DNA of 20,000 nt from an uncultured virus (IMG/VR IMGVR_UViG_3300005444_000002) (lineage: Duplodnaviria > Heunggongvirae > Uroviricota > Caudoviricetes): IMG/VR virus record IMGVR_UViG_3300005444_000002, one strand, 5' to 3'. Made by a program: the position numbers and the translations under genes. The notes beneath the pieces were generated by a model. The model worked only from the letters and a program-made list of their open reading frames with translations. It did no database searches and was not told the origin of the DNA. Below, piece after piece: positions 15,951 through 20,000 of this stretch; within the stretch, counting starts at the first letter, position 1, and the number at the start of each line of letters is the position of its first letter.

Positions 15951-16418
15951 ATGAAGAAGTTACTATTTCTTGCCTTTCTCCTCTCCTCCACCTCCCTCCT
16001 TGCTCAGGAAACATTTTCTATCCCGGTTACAGCTGGGCAGGTTACCAGAATTGATCGAGCAAGGATCAAGACCAACAGCAACACTTGTCTAGCCAGGAAT
16101 GCCGTTGGGGGGGCAAACTGTACCCAAGCCCAAGCATGTACCGCCTATGGAGCAGCTGGAGGGGCCTCCTGCACGGTTGCTCAGGCTAGAGCTACCAATC
16201 CCTCCTGTGAGATCTTCGCAGCAACCCTGGCAGGGAGGGAAGCCTTCACCCTCGCCACTGTGGTTGCCAAGGTGGTGGAGTTTCAGACCCAAGCCGTGGC
16301 TGAGGATAAGGTGGCTTTCTGTGTGTGGTGGAACACTATCGCCTCAGCAGGGGCAAAGAATACGATCTGTACCACTGCCACTCCCTCTCTCGGGAATGGT
16401 TGCGAGATCTGCCCGTAG
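15951..16418 (+). CDS. Secreted Cys-rich protein (155 aa)
   Basis: Start re-called at ATG 15951 (SD TAAGGGG). Signal peptide MKKLLFLAFLLSSTSLLA-Q. 9 Cys and an internal repeat GGANCTQAQA / GGASCTVAQA. Confidence 0.8.
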   Translation: MKKLLFLAFLLSSTSLLAQETFSIPVTAGQVTRIDRARIKTNSNTCLARNAVGGANCTQAQACTAYGAAGGASCTVAQARATNPSCEIFAATLAGREAFTLATVVAKVVEFQTQAVAEDKVAFCVWWNTIASAGAKNTICTTATPSLGNGCEICP

Positions 16419-16702
16419 TGGACCACGGCCAAATCCTCCTAGCCATCATCACCCTCCTTGTTGGTACCTTCACCGCCTGGAGTATCAGGAGGGATAACGA
16501 GAAGAAGGATATCAGGAATAGGGAATGGCTTCTAGAGGACAGGGCTCACCTTGCCAAGAAGATCGATGAAAACACCCAGATCTCCAAAGGGGCCTTTGAA
16601 GTTGCGAATCATGTGAATGAGAAAATTGCCGCTATTGGAAGTATTCGTCTGAAGGCATCTGCTAGAAATCTAAGTGGAAAGAAGAGAAGGTCTGGGGATT
16701 GA
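16418..16702 (+). CDS. N-terminal TM protein, holin candidate (94 aa)
   Basis: GTG 16418 overlaps the previous TAG. TM segment ILLAIITLLVGTFTAWSI, charged coiled region, basic C-terminus, upstream of the endolysin. Confidence 0.55.
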   Translation: MDHGQILLAIITLLVGTFTAWSIRRDNEKKDIRNREWLLEDRAHLAKKIDENTQISKGAFEVANHVNEKIAAIGSIRLKASARNLSGKKRRSGD

Positions 16703-16851
16703 TGATGAGGTATCGTTCCTTCTGCGACCTCTGTGAGTGTCAGTTCTATGCCCCCCAAGGGGATCTAGAACCCACCTGTCCCAAGTGCGGGATGATTGCA
16801 AATCAAGAGGGTCCTGGGGATGAGAGACCTCCTCCCAGAGCAAGGGAGTGA
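16702..16851 (+). CDS. Zinc-ribbon mini-protein (49 aa)
   Basis: Not in the ORF track. MMRYRSFCDLCECQFYAPQGDLEPTCPKCGMIANQEGPGDERPPPRARE carries two CxxC motifs and exactly fills the gap, with TGATG and GTGA overlaps. Confidence 0.75.
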   Translation: MMRYRSFCDLCECQFYAPQGDLEPTCPKCGMIANQEGPGDERPPPRARE

Positions 16852-17399
16852 ACCTCCTCTTCCTCCTTCTCGTTGTCATCCCCCCTCCTCAGATCCACTG
16901 CATCCTTGAAGTTCACTCCTCAACCTCCCTAGGTCATGCGGTATATCTCCGTGGGAATAGGCTCCTCACCGTGGCACACCTCCAGGGGGAGGAAGGGCTC
17001 TCCTGGAGTACCCCTCTCCTGGATGGGACAGCATCCTTCTTATGGAAGGGGAGGAAGAGGGATCTGGCCCTCTACTCCATCAACACCCCCCCTCCCCTCT
17101 GTTGGGTAACCATCTCTAAGAAGAAGCCCGTGAATGGTGATGAGGTCTACTACAAAGGTTACCTGGACAACTATTCCCCCTATTGGGCAAAGGGAATGGT
17201 TCTCGGATATGACTCTGATGGGGAGATTCAGGTGGATGGGTTCCTCCAAGGTGGGGTTAGCGGATCTGGCGTATTGAATGAGGAAGGGGAGTTGGTGGGG
17301 ATAGCAGTGGCTGGAGCTAATTGGGGCCCCGCTGATAGCAAGATCTTCTATCGCTCCACCCTTTCCGTCATCCCCATTACCGAGGACCCCAAACCTTAA
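16848..17399 (+). CDS. Trypsin-like (S1) serine protease with hydrophobic N-terminal export signal or anchor
   Basis: Catalytic triad motifs LLTVAH, RDLAL and GVSGSGVLNEEGELVGI. N-terminus MNLLFLLLVVI. Confidence 0.9.
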   Translation: MNLLFLLLVVIPPPQIHCILEVHSSTSLGHAVYLRGNRLLTVAHLQGEEGLSWSTPLLDGTASFLWKGRKRDLALYSINTPPPLCWVTISKKKPVNGDEVYYKGYLDNYSPYWAKGMVLGYDSDGEIQVDGFLQGGVSGSGVLNEEGELVGIAVAGANWGPADSKIFYRSTLSVIPITEDPKP

Positions 17400-17785
17400 T
17401 GCTCCCTCCCCAGATCAAGGACCCCCTCAAGCTCTGCCCGTGTGTGAGGAAGAGGTATGAGTCCTTGAGGGTGAAGAGTATTGAGATGGATCTCCCCTTA
17501 ACCCTCATAGAGACCCTCAGGGATATGCAGAGACAAGTTCATTATGTGAATATCGGGGTGAGTAAGACTCTCCTCTCCAAGCATCTCCCCCAACCCCCCC
17601 ACAACCTTTCCCTCGCCTTCGACATTGTCCCCACCTCTCTCCTCACTGAACCTGGATGGGATGGTTCCTCCCCCCTTTGGGGAAGGATGGGTCTCTTGGG
17701 GCAGAGTTCTGGTCTCCTCTGGGGCTTCCGTTTATGGGGATGGGATAAGCCCCACTTCCACCTTCCTAAGTGTGAGTGTACCTAA
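17399..17785 (+). CDS. Endolysin, peptidase M15C-like (L-Ala-D-Glu endopeptidase type)
   Basis: ETLR...RQ, SKH, AFD, LLWG..W..DKPHF zinc-peptidase motifs. Catalytic domain only. Confidence 0.85.
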   Translation: MLPPQIKDPLKLCPCVRKRYESLRVKSIEMDLPLTLIETLRDMQRQVHYVNIGVSKTLLSKHLPQPPHNLSLAFDIVPTSLLTEPGWDGSSPLWGRMGLLGQSSGLLWGFRLWGWDKPHFHLPKCECT

Positions 17786-19120
17786 ATGAAGTACCCCAAG
17801 GATCAGGGCTACCAAGAGTTCGAGTTCCGTCCAGGGGTCAAGTTCCCCAAGTTCAAGGGAATGCACCGTATGGGAGATCCTGCCTCAATCCCTGTCAACC
17901 AATTCCACTACCTGGAGAATGTGAGGATTGTTGGAGGGGAGATCGATTCCCGAGGTGGGCAGGGGAGATACATTGATCATTCAGAGAGTGGGTGTATGGA
18001 AGGGATCTTCCCCCCGGAGTTCCAATTCGCTGATGATGAAGCAGGGTCTATTGTCCTGAATGGCTTCTCCACAGGGGTTCTGAACATCACCACCCTCACT
18101 GCCAACTATCGGTTGGGGAGTGAGTATGATCTCAGCAATAACCTCATTGGTCTTTTTGTCATTGACGTTGGTGGAGGCTTTCAGTCTCAAGCCTACTTCG
18201 GGTGTAGGGAGGGACCTATCAATAGTGATTCTGAGTATGGGGCCACGATCAGACAGTATAAGGGATTGAATGCTACCCCTGCCATAGTCAGCACTTTCCC
18301 CTCCTCTGTAATCCAGGTCACTGGAATGACCGTCCTGGGATCTGTCCTCTACCTAGGGGTTATCAATGCTGATGACCTCGGGGAGGTGTGGGTTTGGGAT
18401 GGGGTGACTAACTCTGTCCCTACCCTGAGCGATTCCCCCGAGATAGCTGGCCCTGTGAGGATCACCGCTACCACAGGCGGGGAGATTATCGCCTGTTACG
18501 GAGCAGTGGTTAGGAAGAGGACTGTTGGAGGGGTGTGGAGTACCCAAGCTCTCCCTGGGGGACTAACCACCTTTAATGGAAGATCCTTCTGCATCTTTGG
18601 GGGGAAGTTGTGGATAGGTGGAGGGGAGGGGAGTAGTTTCAGTGGGAGTGGGGATGCTCTTCTTCTCTCCTACACCAGCCCCAATCTCACCTTAGAACAC
18701 ACGGTAACAGATGGGGTGAGCATCGGGGCTCTAGGAGCTTTCAACTCCCTCCTCTACTACGGTATCCATGCCTCAGGGGCTGCTAATGGGGATCTTGGGA
18801 AGACTGATGGGGCGATCTACACCGACTTGGAGCATGATTTCAACACCGAATATGCAGTCCATCTCCCTGCCTTTACTGGTGGGAGTGTTGGAGCACTGAC
18901 GGTCTTTCAATCCATCTTCCAAAGGGGAGCTAATCTTTGTGTTGTTACCACCCCCTATAACGTAGATACTGCCGAGAAAGCCACCTTCATTTGTGAGTCG
19001 GTTGGGGTCGATACCACTCTCTTCACCACTACCTTGTTCGATGATGTGCTCCCTGGGCCTCTATATGGCTTAGATACCGAGCACAAGTCTTTCTCTATAA
19101 CTGGTCTAGTCCTCACCTAA
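17786..19120 (+). CDS. Tail protein: nozzle-type N-terminal motif plus beta-propeller-like body
   Basis: FKGMHRMGDPASIPVNQFHYLENVRIVGGEIDSRGG resembles the N-terminus of P22 gp10 / T7 gp12-like proteins. Blade-like repeats follow (MTVLGSVLYLG, FCIFGGKLWIG, LGAFNSLLYYG). Confidence 0.65.
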   Translation: MKYPKDQGYQEFEFRPGVKFPKFKGMHRMGDPASIPVNQFHYLENVRIVGGEIDSRGGQGRYIDHSESGCMEGIFPPEFQFADDEAGSIVLNGFSTGVLNITTLTANYRLGSEYDLSNNLIGLFVIDVGGGFQSQAYFGCREGPINSDSEYGATIRQYKGLNATPAIVSTFPSSVIQVTGMTVLGSVLYLGVINADDLGEVWVWDGVTNSVPTLSDSPEIAGPVRITATTGGEIIACYGAVVRKRTVGGVWSTQALPGGLTTFNGRSFCIFGGKLWIGGGEGSSFSGSGDALLLSYTSPNLTLEHTVTDGVSIGALGAFNSLLYYGIHASGAANGDLGKTDGAIYTDLEHDFNTEYAVHLPAFTGGSVGALTVFQSIFQRGANLCVVTTPYNVDTAEKATFICESVGVDTTLFTTTLFDDVLPGPLYGLDTEHKSFSITGLVLT

Positions 19121-20000
19121 TGACTGTCAACCTCATCACCACCTCCACCCCACAGGTCTTTTACAACCCTGTAGGGAGTACCACTCTCTTTGAGGTAACC
19201 ATGCCTTCAGGGGTAACGGTATTCTCCCCCCAGAAGAGAAGGCCCTCGGTGGTGGAGTATAAGAAGAGAAGGCATATTGTTGGGCAGTTCTCACACAACC
19301 TGATCTTTACCGAGGATAACCTCCTCTATAAGGCAGGGATCACCGCTCCAACTGTTCTCCCTATCATTGCCTTGAATGGAGGGGGGGCCATTACTGCCTG
19401 CAGGACCCCCTACTACTCCTTCCTCCACAAGGTGGGATCCACAGTCATCCATGAGAGTGATCTCTCCTCAGCTGGGGTGGAGGTTTGTGCTACAGCTCAG
19501 AGGTTCACCTGGACCCTTCCTGCTACCTCCCCAGACTCAAGGGTTACTCACATCCGTCTGTATGCCTCTGATAACGGGACCCTCCCTAGGATAGTGGCTG
19601 ATATCACCATAGGGACCCTGACCTACTCTGACAATACCGCCACCCTCTCCCTAGGTGCCACTCCTCAACTTTCCTCTAACGGACTAACCGTCCAAGGTAA
19701 CAGAGGCGTCCCTCCCTATTGTCGCTTCAACGAGATGTACCACGATAGGCAATGGTTGGCTGGACACCCAACCCATCCCCAAAGGATCTACTACAGCGAA
19801 GTCGGAGAACCTGAGGCAGTAGGAACCAACTCCTACATCTCCACCAGGGATGGGGAGACTGTGACGGGGATTAAGAGACTCAGGGATCAGTTGATCGTCT
19901 TCTGTAGGACAGCCACTTATTCCATCCAAGGTTACTCAGCTGCTGACTTTGTGATCTCCAAACTCTCCCCCTCCATAGGTTGCATCTCCCATTTCGCGAT
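19120..20000 (+). CDS. Tail nozzle / DNA stabilisation protein (P22 gp10 / T7 gp12-like), 3' truncated by the window
   Basis: Not in the ORF track because there is no stop in the window. ATG 19120 is open to the end: KAGITAPT...HESDLS...VTHIRLY...YSDNT...YHDRQWLAG...RIYYSEVGEPEA...DGETVTGIKRLRDQLIVF...SPSIGCIS. Confidence 0.8.
   Translation, partial: MTVNLITTSTPQVFYNPVGSTTLFEVTMPSGVTVFSPQKRRPSVVEYKKRRHIVGQFSHNLIFTEDNLLYKAGITAPTVLPIIALNGGGAITACRTPYYSFLHKVGSTVIHESDLSSAGVEVCATAQRFTWTLPATSPDSRVTHIRLYASDNGTLPRIVADITIGTLTYSDNTATLSLGATPQLSSNGLTVQGNRGVPPYCRFNEMYHDRQWLAGHPTHPQRIYYSEVGEPEAVGTNSYISTRDGETVTGIKRLRDQLIVFCRTATYSIQGYSAADFVISKLSPSIGCISHFA

Noticed and set aside
14760..16702. Rz/Rz1-type spanin pair
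   Set aside because: The small TM proteins have no adjacent or embedded lipobox-containing partner that I could find. The only lipoprotein is 13 kb away and far larger than an o-spanin.
13978..20000. Diversity-generating retroelement acting on the fibre genes
   Set aside because: No reverse transcriptase and no template/variable repeat pair are visible in the window.
1..20000. Stop-codon reassignment
   Set aside because: TAA, TAG and TGA all end genes at coupled junctions, and core genes are full length under the standard code.

Overview
This window is the DNA-packaging, head and tail-base module of a tailed dsDNA phage (Caudoviricetes), most likely a short-tailed P22/T7-like podovirus. Almost all genes are on the + strand and tightly coupled. 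Core order: terminase large subunit, portal, scaffold, major capsid, candidate minor capsid, head-tail adaptor, then tail nozzle-like genes. There are three HNH endonuclease genes in different states: degenerate, intact HNH-AP2, and frameshifted on the - strand. The most unusual feature is a 3.8-kb cassette between the adaptor and nozzle genes, made mostly of envelope-targeted proteins. It holds two tail-fibre-like proteins and a Cys-rich protein, all with Sec-type signal peptides, plus two small membrane proteins, a zinc-ribbon mini-protein, a secreted trypsin-like protease and an M15 endolysin. Also notable: a 21-Cys lipoprotein upstream of the terminase, two unannotated membrane-active micro-ORFs after the portal, a compact three-way-junction RNA ending in GCCA, an apparently split nozzle gene, and patches of foreign codon usage in a CpG-poor genome. 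All assignments come from motif recognition and gene order by eye; no database search was run.
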